From NCBI GenBank assembly GCA_000320545.1, contig ADNK01002058.1, positions 62,001-126,000 on the forward strand: a stretch of DNA of 64,000 nt, read 5' to 3'. Positions 24,958 to 39,415 of this stretch are shown here, in pieces. The translations under genes were made by a program, and so were the position numbers. Source of the DNA: Bigelowiella natans CCMP2755 (Eukaryota; Protista; Cercozoa). Each line of letters opens with the position of its first letter. Positions within the stretch are counted from its first letter, which is position 1. The notes beneath the pieces were generated by a model, which did no database searches, was not told the DNA's origin, and saw only the letters and a list, made by a program, of their open reading frames with translations.

Positions 24958-26562
24958 AGCTACTACTACTACTACTACAACAACTACTACGACTACTACT
25001 ACCATAATGCCCTCAGGATCTGGCACTTCTGTTGAAGCATTGGGAGCTGACTGTAGCGACTTGACCAGTCGTGATATTGCGTCGCGCACTTGAAAACTTA
25101 TTGCATCGTCCTATGAACGAGAAAGACAATCAACCATTATAACAACAGAATGAAAATGCTCAATCAACGAATATAATCAACCGTTATAACAACAGAGAAG
25201 AAAGGGGGGGCGGGAGAAGGGTATTCTACTTCGCCGGTGGTGTCATATCATATTTATTACATATATTTACGTATCTATGATGAAGTTTATAATTTGAACA
25301 TTCAATTCGCACAGCGTCTACTACCTCTAATTTGGGTTCTTCATCCAAAGAAGCTTCTGCTTTGTCACTGTTCTTCTCTCGCGGCTGCTTACGCCTAGAT
25401 GACTACACGTGCACACACAAACCAAAACAAAATAAAACAAGATGAAACCTCGAGAGATAATGTCTTCTATGTATGAACGCTTGTCCAATATGTGCTCTTT
25501 AATGGTGGTGGTGGAGGTGATGATGATGATGATGATAATGGTAATGCTGATGCACACACGCACGCACGATAGGATTCGCCATGATCATCATTCGTTCCGC
25601 TGCCTCGTAGTCGCTCTGCTCAGGTGATGGTGAGGCCATTGCAATGCTCCTGGGAAACGATGATGATGATGATGATGATGATGGTGATGATGGTGATGGT
25701 GATGATGATGGTGATGGTGACGACGATGATGATGATGATTGTGGTGATTCTTATTGCAACGGGAGGAAGAAGGGGAGACAATTAGCAAACAAATGATAAA
25801 CAGCAAGATACTGAATTCCGTGTATTTTTCTATATCTACCCTCACCTCATTCCCAAGGGCCTTGAGGCGATGTTGTGATGCTCCATCTGCCGAAACCCCA
25901 TTAAATACGGCTGCATTTGGCGACGATGCGATTGTGTTGTCGCAGTCAGTGTGCGGCCAGGAGAAGCTGCTCTAAGAGCTCCGAGAAGGGAGTGATGGGG
26001 GGGGCGTGCTTCTGCCGTCTCCATCAGAATCGTGAAGGGAGGATTGAGAGATAAGAACTTTGTTCTCCAGGTGCTTGGATCGATGATCTCGCCACCCACA
26101 CCAACGAGCCTGTCACCACGCCGCACACCCTGCGCGAAGGCCTCAGAACCTAGAGTTCGTGGGGAGGGAGGGGGGGAAGGAGGAGGAGGGAGTCGAATCT
26201 AATAGCCACCTGCATGCAGGCCCTCTTCTCCAATTTCTGCGACTCAAGATGAAACTATTGATATTGACTTTGCAGGTATGCTTCGGGCTGTTTTTTTATT
26301 ACTCTCCTTTCTTCCTTTCTTGCATTTTCTCCTTCTTCTTCTTCTTCTTCTTCTTATTGTTGTTGTTGTTGTTCTCCTCACCGGCTTGCACTCCAACAAC
26401 TTCTAGACCCCCTTTGCGTATCGACATGCCAAATGGTACGTGTCGCACCCAGATCGTTCGTGCAGGAGGCGGCTCTCCTTGCAATCCAAATCTGATAGAG
26501 AAGGAACAAGATGACGATGCTGCCGATGAAGGGTGATACTAATGACAAGTGACAAGATCAAT

Positions 26563-26602
<40 letters not shown>

Positions 26603-28900
26603 GAAGAATATCAATGCATACTGCAAACACACATTTCAGCTTCCCCTTAATATATCACTATATATCACCTTGACCGCCAACGAGCGAGTGCAGATTCTCT
26701 CACCCTTTGCAACCAGTTGGAGGAGGCCGATGAGGATGACGAAGCTTCAGAATTAGGAGGAGACTGCAGTGCTTGGCCCTTCTCCGCTGGTGATGATGGT
26801 GGGGATTGGCCTTCTGCATGATCAGGCTGTTGTTGAACGCCTTTAATTATATCGCTGCTGCTGCTGCTGCTGCGACTAATCTCCTCCAGTTGTGAGTTTC
26901 CGTACCTACGAAAGAGCACAGTGTTGAAGAAGGCGCTGATGCTGCTGATGCTGATGCTGATGCTAGTGGTGGTGGCGGTGGTAGGGTTGAAACGCTAATG
27001 TGCGGCATAATTGAAGCTTATCAAAACGACAAGGAAGAATGTTGCTGCTGCTGCTGCTGCTGTTGGGAAAATGAAACGATGACGCTACGACGATTTTGTA
27101 AAATAATAATAAAGCATTGTATCATTATCATCAGAGCCTGCAGATGTGAGATGTTACACGCATTATTACAGCTGAAGGGGAAGGAACAGATGGCGACCGT
27201 TGCGTATCGTCGTTTTCACCTGAAGGGATAGCAGTCGAATGAGGCTTGCTGTAACACTTCGATGCAAGTACAAATGACGCCCCCAACACACGCGAATGAT
27301 TGAAAAAGGGGGGGGGGGAGGGGGTGATGGGGAGACGGGAAGAAATCATCCCGACAATCAACGCTGTCGAATATTTGCCGTGCTTCATTTCCACCATCAG
27401 ACTATAGAGATGGTGAATTGAGTACCCATCCGCCCTGGGGAAGGGATGAGGCTTCTACAACGCTGTTTTGAGTCAGCCAAGTCACTCCACGCCTACGCGA
27501 TCGATAGGTTTGATTCAATGCAGAAATTTAACAGCAACGACGACGACAAGCATGACGACGATTATACTGATGAGCAATCTATTCTATAGGAAGAAGGGAG
27601 GAGGTGGCTATTGTAGTGGCAAAATGCAACGCAGGCGTGCGTGTGCAAGAGAGTAGTGCGCAAAATTACTCTTTTGATTTGATTCTGTCGAGTCGTGCCT
27701 CCAAGCGAGGTTCGGTTCGAAAAGCTAAGCCTCTTGGATCCAATACGCGATAAAAGCTCTAAATAATAAATAAGATTGACAATTAAAAAAGTGAAGAAGA
27801 TAGAGACAAAGAATAATGATAAAAACGACGAGTACCAGTACTACTACCTAACGTTGTTTGAGCTAGATCATTATATATTAATGGAAGAGTAATTTCACTA
27901 CCAATACCGTATTTCGGAATAGCTCTTTATTGACATTCTCCATTGTCGGTGAAGGAGCTCTAGTCTCCTTGTCCTTATCTTTGGCATGACCGTCATCACC
28001 ACCACCATCCTCATCATTATTATTATCGTCATCTTTTCCTTCTATCGTCGCCTTCGTAACAATACGCGACTTCTGCATCGCTCTTCCGATTTGTTGGGCG
28101 ATTGCTCGCCTTCTGTCTCTGCTACTGGACTCTAAAGAAGGAGGGGGGTCTAAGGCTTCGCCTGTACATTTGTTCTTCATTTTGAGTGTTGCGTTGTTTT
28201 CTTGTGCGCTTGTATTGTCTTCTTCCGCCTCATAAAATTCTCTTTCATTTCTTCCGCTCCCTCGTCGTTGCTCTCCCTCTTTCGCGTTTGATGCATCCGT
28301 CCGTCGATGCTGCTGTCTCTCGTTCCACTTCTAAGATAATGATGGCAGCGCAAACAACAAAAGATCCCCTTTTTTCAACTTATTCTGAACGGATAAAATG
28401 AAAGCAGAGCAGTATCATGCACAAACGAGCCAACGCTGCTGGAGTGTGAAGACACATGAAAGAGTTCAGTATGCAATATGTCTCTTTGTGTCGAACTACG
28501 AGCTAGCTGGTTACAAGTGAAATATTTACTGAATTCTGTATCTGGTGTGTATGTGCAAGCATACCATTGCTGATCGTGCTCTTGGAGAGATGAGAGGTGT
28601 GCGGTAAGGCTGCTGGGTTCTTGTCATCGTTGAAGATCGCGTAAGAGACGGCACTTTAAGACTTGCTCGAGCGGCAGATGGGGCCCGGCGAGGAGGGGTA
28701 AGAGGTGCCATGATTACGTCAGATGGGGAACGCAAGCCATAATTTTCCTCCTCAGGGGAAGGAGACGAAGGAATCTTCACCGATGTTGTTGTCATTTCGT
28801 CCTCCCCCTGCTGCTGCTCTGCGACAGCGCAGCAACTCGACAAGCCGTGTAGCATAAAGAAGTATACAAGCACACGAGAAACATGTCGCTTGATGGACAT
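21087..28900 (-). CDS. TTF2: TTF2/Lodestar-like SNF2 ATPase with a long N-terminal extension containing a PDZ-like domain; 5' end uncertain
   Basis: [18 protein letters not shown] / [34 protein letters not shown] / [10 protein letters not shown] / [10 protein letters not shown] / [11 protein letters not shown] / VIVSQWTS / [37 protein letters not shown]. No RING finger was seen, which fits TTF2. Confidence 0.8.
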
Positions 28901-30234
28901 GTTTTATTACACTCTCACTAGCCTTGGAAGCCCTAATTTCGTAATCGTCTCTATCGATGCTCCGAGGTTGTTACCGCCTTATCTCGGGTGAGAGGACGCA
29001 ATCATCCCAAAAGCACCAGGGTTAGATGCCGAGAGCAGAGCAACAGAATCAATGGAACTAATTGTCCGCACGATTATTTATGTTAATACTAGGTCGTAGG
29101 AGAGCACACAGTGTTGAGGAGGAGGGTGAGTGTGATTGTCAGCCCTGAAAGGAGTCCATATTTTACCCGAACAACATAAGCGCGGGTAAGCGTTGCCGAC
29201 GTGATCCGCTGCTATCGTATATTTTCTCTGCTTTCCACCTCTATTTCGATATTTTTTTGAAGAATCCCGTTAGTGACGGTAATCGCATGATTTGGCTCAG
29301 TTCAAAGGATGCCCTTGATTTGCTATCTTGCGACAGAAATTTTTTCATGTCGGACGGACAAGAGACTTTCCGGACTTCCGAGCTCGGAAGAATACGTGAC
29401 CAAAATTAACATACGGGAAGGAAAATGCAAATGGTTTTTATCCGACGACAGAGTATCTTTGCTGTCGCAATGACAGAATGTTCTTTTTTTTTTTATACTC
29501 GCGGATGATGATCTTCTGGGGCTTTCCGAGGAAGGGGCGCTCGTGGGTGATGATCCTTAAACCGCCCCATTAGAATCAATTCATTCACTCAATCATTCAT
29601 GTATAGATGTATACACCTAAATTAAGCGATGTGCAAAGGTTGCTTGTCAGCTTCGAGCTTGGAAACCATTCCATGAACAATTGTATGAAATCAAGGATCG
29701 GACGCACTCGCATTTTGTACAAGCGTCAAAAGGAATGTAGCTTCAATTTGCGCAGTAGCAGAATGTGAAAGAACGAAATGCATGAGAAGAGCTCATAGTC
29801 CAATTGACATTGCATAGCAAGTGTATTTCTAAAGTCTCACAGTAACAAATGATCTTCAGCTTGCAGGAAATGTTTGTTCGGAGATCAGACTGCAGAACAA
29901 CGTGCACAGTGCACCGTTCTAGCGTTGATGAATTTTGTCCTGGCCGCAAAATGAGTGCAAAACAGCAGGCATCACAAGCTCTTGGCGCACGTGGCCAACG
30001 TAGTACTCCTCTCCGAAACACAAAACACCTCGTGGAAATTGTGCCTCCTGGGATTGATGTAATCCCTAAACTTCTGTGCGCATTTCGAAGCCCGTTGCAT
30101 CATTACACACACAACTAGACAACATGCGCTGCGCCGTTGAGGACTCGTGACTGGGCTCGCACAATACATTGTACAATACATGTACAATTAAAACTAAAAT
30201 CATTGAGTTTCTATTTCCTTAACACACAAATTAC

Positions 30235-32565
30235 TTAAAAGAACTTCCTTCGAGAGACAAGCGCAACAAAAGTAGCAAACACTGTGATTCTACATATCAC
30301 ACTGATTAGTTTCCCAGAGCTTCGGTTCTTAATGTAACGTCGTTCAAGTAAACCCACCCATGAAGGGAGAGGCGAGCTGGCTTCCTGCTCCATAAAATAC
30401 GAAGAAATAAAATGATAAGAACGATGGAGACACTACACTTAATGTTGGCAGCGATTTAAGCATCATACACATACAAAATACTTTTGTGCGTATATGTACG
30501 TGTGCGCTGATCTCTGTCTGGTGTATTGCTTTAAACATATGTCTTAAACACATTAAGACATGCGTATTATCAACATATGTCAAGATTACATCAATTGTTC
30601 TCTCAAACATCTTCAATTCCTGTGCACCGTATGCAGCCTGATAAAGTACAATCGAGAAACTACTTTCATCCTAATGGCCAAATCAGAGCTTTTAGCACTC
30701 ATTATCAGTTTAACCTTATAATCTCCCGACTTTCCTTTTCGGATAAATTTGAAGTCACCTCGCCACCGGACAGTCGTCGGTTGGAATCTGCGCCAAAAAT
30801 GCACAGTCTTTGTGAACGACATCACTGCGATCATCATCAATTCAAAGATAGGCCACATATTTGCTATATTCCACACAAACTGTTGCTACATACACAATTC
30901 AAAGAAAGTGAAAGCTTGTGCTAGAGAACGAAGAAGATATGCATATGTACATATAACTGTAAATACATAAATATGTGTATTTAATATTTTGAAACAAGGC
31001 TTTACTGCTGTGAAAGGACCTTTCGATCCTCTGCTTCATCCATGAGAAACTGAAAATTATACACACGCTCTGTATCGGTAGGCTGCATAGTACGTGTTGC
31101 ATCTTATCATGCATTTCCCTCTCTTCTATTCTCCCAGCATGTACATTAGTGCGTGCAATCTTATCGTAGAATCTATTCAATGTTGCGTTATATGTTTTAC
31201 CTGAAAGTTTCCACGCGGGCCTTCATTGTATTCTCGCTGATGCTTATCCCGAGAAAATTAACGATCTGAATCGTTTTTAGTTCAGTTCTTGTGATTACAC
31301 GAATTAACAAATCTCACTAAGATATGCATTGTATAACTGATGGGAAAACAAACGACCGAAACTTTATCGTGAATACCCGTGAAACTTCGCGTTCCAAATT
31401 TTGCCTTAGATCCTCAAATTTCACAAATAAGATGCGCTTACTCTCAGCTCTTGACCATCCCAGAGATGAAGTACAAAATGGAGCAATGTAAAACAACAAG
31501 AATAGTTTATGTTAATACAGCCTGGAATTTTGGAAGATCGCTGATTTGGATTATCATGATCGTTTTCCAATGGCGATTACACACGCAACACAGTCCCGTG
31601 TGTTTTTGTGTACGAGTAAGATTAGGTACTAAAATTGTACAGTGTTATTCACAATGCAAGTATTTGTTACGTCAGGCACCTACCTTGCAGCGTCGAAAGA
31701 CATAATATGATCCACCTAATTCATCCAGAGGCAGGCATATAATCAAACGCAGATAATCCAATTTATCTCATTTACTTTTTCCCAGACTGACGGTGCAACT
31801 CCATGTTTTTATAGGTCATACATATTGCACTGGATTTGTATTACGATATCATTCACGAATATGCGAGATAAAAACTATGAGCGCTTAGTCCTACAATCTA
31901 CCCATTTCCCATACGGCATGGATCCATCAACGAAACGCTCGTGAAACCTACAATACACCACCATGTTCGATTTAAAATATAATTAAAACAGCATACATTC
32001 GAGGTAAATTGGAAACTATTCATGTGATATCCACGCATACACATGCATGCGAACAATTGTACACACAACAATCGTACACGAAGTGTGCCAAATTTTTGTA
32101 AGACACGGATTATAGTAATCAGATTCTGCTGATTATACGTTACTTACTCGGCAAAGGTGCTAGAAACTATAGGTTCTGTTTCGGATCCGACTTTGAGCTG
32201 ATGCCTGATAATAACAAGAAACAAACACTCTTTTCAGTTAACAGAAAATAAACATTCTAGGCGATGTATTGATGGATAAACTCGCACTTTCGCGCAAGAT
32301 TAGTCGTCATAGTAGAGTATTACGATAGATGCTTGAAGAAGGAGACAGCAGCATCCCTTCCATCCCGAACAACGTAAATATACCTACAATATGAGACATA
32401 AGCTTCTTCTTCTTCTTCTTATGTCTGTATTTCAAAGCTATTATATTTGTCTTCCCCCCACCTTGCCTCCTGGTGTTTCGGCAAGTACCTCCACCAAAGA
32501 TGTGTGTTGAAGACACGCCAACCCATCTTTGTTACAACAACTTTATCAGCACACAAATATGCGCG

Positions 32566-32608
<43 letters not shown>

Positions 32609-33503
32609 TATCACACATGTATATATTTTCCACTCACATTTCAATGTCGAAATATATCATGGTAAACAAACACGCATGCACAGAATGCCCTTCCATGAGC
32701 GAATTGTACGAAAGCTATGTAATATCATCGTTACCTTATGGTGTAATTTTGAGACTTTCACCTTGATCGTAGGACTTGGTTTATCTACCTCCCAGGTCGA
32801 ATCCGCTTCGTAAAATGGTGCAAGATCGCTAACATGCCCTATGTTCCACACAGAAGATAGAAAGTAGAATCTTGATGCTGTTTCGTTGTTGATCACCAAT
32901 ACACTTCATGTTGGCTGCTGTCATGTTTCGCATTGCGCTCATCATATTCTCTGTGTCCTTTTTTCACTGTCATCCATAATTTATACAGGCAGGATTACTC
33001 CAAAAGATACTCGTAATAATCGTTGGGCTTGCTACATACCCTTGTGCAACTTCGGCGCGAGAAGACTTTATTATTGATCCGCATTCCAAACAGCACGGTC
33101 GTCATTCCATCAGAATAGAAAGAGGTATAATAAGTAATTGTCATCATCCGAGAATTGAAGCAAAAATTACACAAACAAAAGTCAACGATGGAAGTCTAAT
33201 TCCTATTTAAACCTGAGATCATTGTGACCTATACACGCCCTATTTACCGCAAGACTCTTTTACCTCCTCACCCCTCTTCAGCATTACAATACCTTAGGCA
33301 TATATGCTGCATCCATGTCGTTCCAGATTTGGGATAGCTACAAATAAACAAGTCTCGTAGACCCTCGGCCCTCCCCAGCAATCGACAGCGATTCTAACGC
33401 AAAGGGTAAACATCGCTGCATGGAAAATCTATTCTCCATAAAAATACGATACCAGTGTTTCTTTGGATGTAATGTCGAGAAGGGGCTGTTCCTCGGTGTC
33501 CAT
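30235..33503 (-). CDS. Cytosolic-type (SULT) sulfotransferase with many small exons
   Basis: 5'-PSB motif DLFICSYPKSGTTWMQ (~33310-33355), NTHL, 3'-PB motif YIYVVRDGRDAAVSFF (~32330-32383), PYGKW, LFVKFEDL, FIRKGKSGDYK (~30716-30750). The last exon (30235-30384) is inferred. Confidence 0.85.
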
Positions 33504-33881
33504 CTTCGGTTGCGACGACGATGGTAATGATGATAATGGATGACGGTGGTGGTTCGGAGAGGCAGAAGAGGCCGACGGACCGAGAAATTTCGCGCAGAAA
33601 ATGTACCGTGTTTCTTACTCGCGACAACCCAACAGCAGCTTTTTCTGTTTGGAGATACGACCATTTTGGGCAGGAAATTGTAGGATATTCTCCGTACTTT
33701 TGGTGAGAAAACAGACAGCAGCAGCGGGCTTACACGACCCTGCCCCCTCCCTCGACGAACCAACACGTTCCAGGAAAAAAAGCTGTACGCGTTGGCCTTC
33801 TGTCTTCTACTCTTCTTCTCGACGAGGGCAACTATTGCTGATGAAATTGTAGATCTTGGCCTTAGAGGAATTCCCTCACCA

Positions 33882-35400
33882 ATGGAGGCCGATGCGAAGG
33901 AGAAAAGAGCATTATCGGCAACGAGCAGCTCCTCCTCGGATTTTTCAGTTGAACAAGTGCTTCCCTTGGAAGGAAAACGCGAAGGTTTCAGCCTAGTCGC
34001 ATTTCGAGCAGCGATTATAGAACCGAGAAGCGCCTCTACCCTTCTAAAGAAGGTCCACGATTCATATATAATCATCAAACGACGAATGCTCTGTTCTGAC
34101 TGCCTACTATCTTCCGCTCGGTGCTTTGTTTCGTCATTGCTGGTACTATGGTAGGTGAGCGAAGTGCTTCCAATACCCAATTTCAGACATCTAAAGCGCA
34201 TCCGAAAGAAAACAACAGCGACGCAGGATGACAAGAAGAAAGCGACTATGCTGATGCTACTGCTCTGCCCAGAAGATAACTTCAATCTATTGGACGGGGA
34301 CCTTCGCTCGGAGCTGCAGGTAGTAAGATGGTGCCGTTAGGTGTATCACTGTGCTTTTGAATGGTCAAGATGACAGGTGTGATCCTGCTGTCACACAGAA
34401 ATTGACTCCAACGCAAGAATCTGTGAGAGTTCCCAGCCATCCACCAGAAACCGATGAGGTGTATACTAATTTAGAAAAAATTAGAGCAGCTACATCCTCG
34501 CTCGTTTTCTCACTTTGGGGGGGGTGGAGGGGGGCTTGGCGTTTTATTATCCATTCTATAACAAATTCTCAATAGGAATACCGTGCGTACGGCAAGCACT
34601 GGCCGATAAGCAGTCGACCTCGCCCAGCGCAGAAGAAAGAATTCTCTGAAGATGAGAAAAAGATTATGATTTCCCACATGAGGGAGGCTATATCTGTGGG
34701 AAGGTATTGGTCCAATCGTCATCATTAGGAAGTGGTAGCTGAAGCGGAATCTCCTTTTTCGAATTAGACTCGGTGCCAGTAAGAATGGAGGCCAGCTTCC
34801 GATTGGATGTGTGATCGTGGATCCGAAGTAAAGACCACAATTCAAGTTATAGTGATGTTGGTGATGATCTCAAAAGATATTATGACAATATTGTTTACTT
34901 GATGTGCCAACAGGTCCAATAGAGTAGTTGCAAAGGCGTACGATAGACGCCGTAGGCGAACTGAGATCACATCTGGAGAAGCTTCTTGTGGCCACCCTTT
35001 GCATCATGCCACTATGAATTGTATCAGCGCTGTAGCGGAATATGATCGTGCAAAATGGCCTCCAAACGAGCAAAGAAAGAGACGTCGAGACGACGGCAGT
35101 GGTGTGGAAGATGCGTTATCATCCAAGCCGTATCTTTGCACTGGATATGATATGTATGTGACGCATGAACCATGTGTCATGTGCTCAATGGCAGCGCTCC
35201 ATTCTCGCATAGGGCGGGTTTTCTGGGCTGTTGAAAACACTTACGATGAGGAGACAGGTCTCGGAGGAACTTACATGCTTCACTGCGACAAAAGGCTAAA
35301 TCATCGCTTCGAGGTTTTCAAAGGTCTGCTAGCAAACGAAGTAAAGGAGGACCCTCAGTCCTTTCATGTTCTTGCAAAAGATCGCGATGAGATACGCTAA
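33882..35400 (+). CDS. ADAT3: tRNA adenosine-34 deaminase non-catalytic subunit ADAT3/Tad3
   Basis: HLKRIRK, VPSHPP, HWP, GCVIVDP, HPLHHATMNC (HAT instead of catalytic HAE), YLCTGYDMYVTHEPCVMCSMAALHSRI and LNHRFEVF. Confidence 0.92.
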
Positions 35401-36059
35401 TTGGCTATCTACATACGCCTCGCCTGCGAAGACGCTAGTACATATCTAGATACACAGGGTAGACCGTGATTCTTAGCCTGTATGTGCCTGAAGTTTGCAT
35501 GTAATAATGCGAAACAAGTGCAATTCGCATCGTAGTATGATGCTTACGCAGCTAGCGAACGTTATGCTACGTCATACATGCCGTGCCGTCGATCATTTCA
35601 ACGAACAAAGATTCGCTAGAAAGCGTGCATGCACGAATAATCATCAATCCACAAATTATCGCGCGGTTGAGATGCATCAAGCCAGCGACTATATTGTAGC
35701 GTAAAGTAGTAAAGTATACGCACATGATCAAGTCGAATGAATGTGCGATTGTGTCAGGAAATCTAACAAATAAGGGCATGGCGACGATGACATAGTTTCT
35801 TAGGCACTACAAGGAAATCAGAGCACAGTGCAAGGCCGCTGCTGCAGCTTATGAGTCTTTATGATCGCATATACAAGCATACCAATGATACGACCAAAGG
35901 TAGACTACGCTGGTGAGAGAATGCAGAGGTTTTAATAACATTAATTCTGTCTGGATTTGCAAATATCAAATTATCGATCATATAATCGAGATTGTGGAAG
36001 GGTAGCCATCTACTCACCAGCATCTTTCTTCTTCGCGATGAATGATTTGACTCCATCAG

Positions 36060-38394
36060 TTACCTGAGAGCAAGTTGGCTGTCATGAAAAAGATAGATGA
36101 AATGCTCTCGTACACCGACCTCTTTGTGCAAAACCGGGTTACACGCCTTGGAGTTTTCCAGATACATGTGATGCCCCTGCGGAGTTTGTTCGAAACGCTC
36201 ATAATAGAACACATAGTATACTGAAATTCATACACACGCACCCCTTTGGGAATAATGTAAGGCTTCGAGACGTATTTAGACATCTCTGAATCTACAGAGA
36301 ACTGATGTGCTGCGGTAGGGTCCATCCAGTCATTTTTTCCATATATGAAGACCGTAGGAATCTAACGAGCAAATCGCAACACTAAAAACGACGACATGAC
36401 GTCGACATGTCGACGATGTAACAACAATATTTCTCTCTTGCTTTTTATGATCGGAATCGCTCACGGCACCTTCAAATAAGATTTTATGCGGTTTAGAAGA
36501 GGTACTCGAGCCCAGGCCCCAAACTGAATCGTAACCGCAGCATTGTCATTAATTTGTGTGTTAGAAAGGCGATAATGATAGTATACATTTGTCAAAGTAG
36601 TGCTGTTATAACCAACTAAACTTACTTTCAGAATGGTGCTGATACAGTCTTCCCCAGATCTAGGAAGAATTGTGATGGAATGCAGGTATCTGCCGATGTA
36701 TGCATGATGACAGAGATGAGGCGTCGAAAACTCAACTCCGATCTTAGATTCAATATTTCTCACTCAAATTACCCGGCAATGCTCTTTTTGGATTCGGCAT
36801 CAAAGTCCGTGTGCTACATAAAGAAAATAAAAAATAAAGCGACCTTCTGCGCAAAACTTCCTGGACATTGTTTTAACCTTGAACCTCCGCTCAACGATAG
36901 AGGATGTAAACCATCGTGAAGCCCCAATCCACCCGAAATTGCGAACCAGCTGATGGAAGGTATACAAATCAAGTTTGTTATTATCATGCGTGCTGTTCCT
37001 TCCTCCTCCTCCTCCTCCTCACTTGTTGCGGGGTTGTGCCTCCCTCCCACAAGCTCTTTGCCCATCTTAGGCGCCAGTCGCCATCCATTCGTTCTTGAAA
37101 TCGACGCTGCTTGTCCGGAGGTACTTCCGGCACACCAACAGGTGACAACAAGATTAACTTTATCAATTTCTCTGGATTTTGCAAACCTATTACGAGCATG
37201 AACCACCCAATGAGTCGTCGAGATGATGTTCGTGATTATTCGCAGTTCTTTTTCGGGTGGGAACATGTTGTTTTGTGATGGTGTACAGTAGCTGCTCGCC
37301 AAATATCCCCCCAACGAGTGGCCAATCAAGATCATTTCTCCTATGCCGACATTCTGAAAAATAAATATACAAGTAAAAGTATTGCAGCTAATCACCGTCA
37401 ATCCCTTCTTCATTCTCCCCGAAAGCTCGAATATAAACAAGTGAGATCTTCTTCTCTTGTCATATTCATTTTGTTGGTTACCTTACGCCATTCTTCAAAC
37501 GGCTTTAAGAAAAAATCCTCCGCATCTTTCACGGCCTTCTTTTCCTCCGCTGAAGCGTTCCATATATCCACCTTCTTCAAATCTGCTTGCTGGGCCTTGG
37601 CGCCGGTGATCGTGCCTTTGTTTTGGCGACTACTTGCCCCTCCATCACGGATGACATCCGATATTGGGAACGGCACTCGGGAGGATCTTCCCATTCTGTT
37701 TCAAAGCAGGAACAGGAGCAGCATGGTCAGGAAGCTGTGATTTGACGTATGGTATAATAGTATAGATAAACACCATAAATTGCTCACCCGATCCAGTCAA
37801 TCGCATATAGTCTAGTGCCAGGTATGTTGGCTAAAGTGTCCAGATTTTGGTAGAATATACCCAATCCAGCGCCATAACCATGTGCAAGTACGATCTAACA
37901 CAACAATTGGGATGGTGATGTTTGCTGTCGCAGCGAGCACAAGTTTGTTTTGCCTAACAGGAATATCGTCGGCCTTCGAATCTGCAGCCTCAAATACCAA
38001 AGTGTTCATGTACCTACACACATAGCAACACCGACTCTCATTGATTGACAACAAACCAAATTGATATGGTGGACGCAGGTAACACACATCGGCTTTCCTT
38101 CGACGTCCATTCCGCATTCGACCCAAACGGACTTATACGGAGTCTTGACGCTTTCTAGAATCTAAGATACATTAGATTTAGTTCGAATTCTCGGAATACT
38201 CCCTCCTCCATCACCTTTTGCTCGTCCAACTGTGCCTGTTCCTCTTTCGTGGGGTACCATTTTTGAGCTGCGGTTGAGATGCATTCCTGCTCGAAGACTT
38301 TTTTTCTGGTGATATCATCCTTCTTCTCGTCTTTATCAACGCCATTGACGGTTCCTGCGCCATTTCTTGGTGCGTCCTTCTGTACGGAAGCCAT
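36060..38394 (-). CDS. Alpha/beta hydrolase, ABHD4/ABHD5/Cld1/Ict1-like lipid hydrolase
   Basis: LAHGYGAGLG, YAIDWIGMGRSSR, LIGHSLGGYLA (nucleophile Ser present), LILLSPVGVP, FIYGKNDWMD and GHHMYLEN across GT-AG exons. The exact stop is uncertain. Confidence 0.85.
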
Positions 38395-38690
38395 CGTGGC
38401 GTGTAAACGAAGTCTTCTTAGTGCCGGCGGAACCCTGGACAGGGCACGTGCAACGCTGCTGGTGGCACGTATGTTTGCGGATTCTGCCCAAAACTTTCAG
38501 TCGTAGGTGGGTAAAAGCATCGAATTAATCGAAAATTCGAGGAACGAAACATTTAGGATTTTCCGTCTTGAGACATCACATTTGGGCTGGCATACCTCGA
38601 ATTTAGCCTGCAAATGTGTCGGATCGAGACGAGAAAAAAACTCACCACCCCAGATCATGATTGCAAGATGTGTGCCAATTGATGTGTGGT

Positions 38691-38724
<34 letters not shown>

Positions 38725-39224
38725 CTAGCTAGACAAGCATGCCAGCATGCCAGAATTGCCATCTAGCTAGATCCATCGATGGCATTCGATTGCCAGATTG
38801 TGGCATCACACATCCGTCTCACACGCACGCAAGTTCAAAACACGTGATTGAAGAGTGTGTGTGACAAAATCATTGGATTTTTCAATGATTTGCACAAACT
38901 AGCAAAAATTGTGCTTGTGTGTGCGCACGTGCATGCTAGCTGGCATGTCGTCTGTGTATCTAGACGTCTAGTCAGTCTGCAGATGTGTCAAATGCGAGTC
39001 AACGAAGTGACATTGAACAGAGAAATCTCCAAATCTCCATTGGACATGACTAGATGCATGCCTTTGCGGCGCATATTATGCATGGAATGGATGCCAACTA
39101 GCTAATATGGACAAGTGTGTCTCACATGCCAGCATGTGTCTCTCTAGCTAGCTAGCTCTGCAAATGGGCATGACAGTGGAAAGCCAAACAAACAGATGTG
39201 ACCTGACTAGCTGAGCTGATGAGT

Positions 39225-39415
39225 GCTGTAGCCGCAGCATTTGCAACAGCTACGATGCATTGGGATGACAATTGAAAAGATTTCATCAATTCTTTGTATC
39301 CATCTCATGCGTAACAAGACAGCGTGACAACGTAATGAGAACGGACAGATGCAATGAAATGATTGTATTTTTTCAATGGCATCCTAATGTAGCCATGCAG
39401 AACAGCGGCTACAGC
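39225..39415. repeat. Degenerate inverted repeat (arms 39225-39278 and 39370-39415), part of a dispersed repeat family
   Basis: GCTGTAGCCGC...GGGATGACAATTGAAAA is complementary to TTTTCAATGGCATCC...GCGGCTACAGC. The right arm also matches 1114-1142. Confidence 0.6.

Noticed and set aside
28820-28900. Signal-peptide-like start on the TTF2 gene
   Set aside because: The start codon is unverified, and the stretch may be UTR or intron. A nuclear ATPase is unlikely to be secreted.
29700-30190. Possible decayed transposon ORF
   Set aside because: No recognisable transposase, RT or integrase motif in any frame.
33338-34285. 315-aa minus-strand ORF
   Set aside because: It is antisense to ADAT3 exons, runs through the promoter gap and is out of frame with the sulfotransferase motifs. 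It is a shadow ORF.
34990-35025. HAT instead of HAE in the deaminase
   Set aside because: This is expected for the non-catalytic ADAT3/Tad3 subunit and is not novel.
36400-36415. Perfect 16-bp palindrome CGTCGACATGTCGACG
   Set aside because: It is a single intronic occurrence amid GAC/CAT micro-repeats, with no supporting context.
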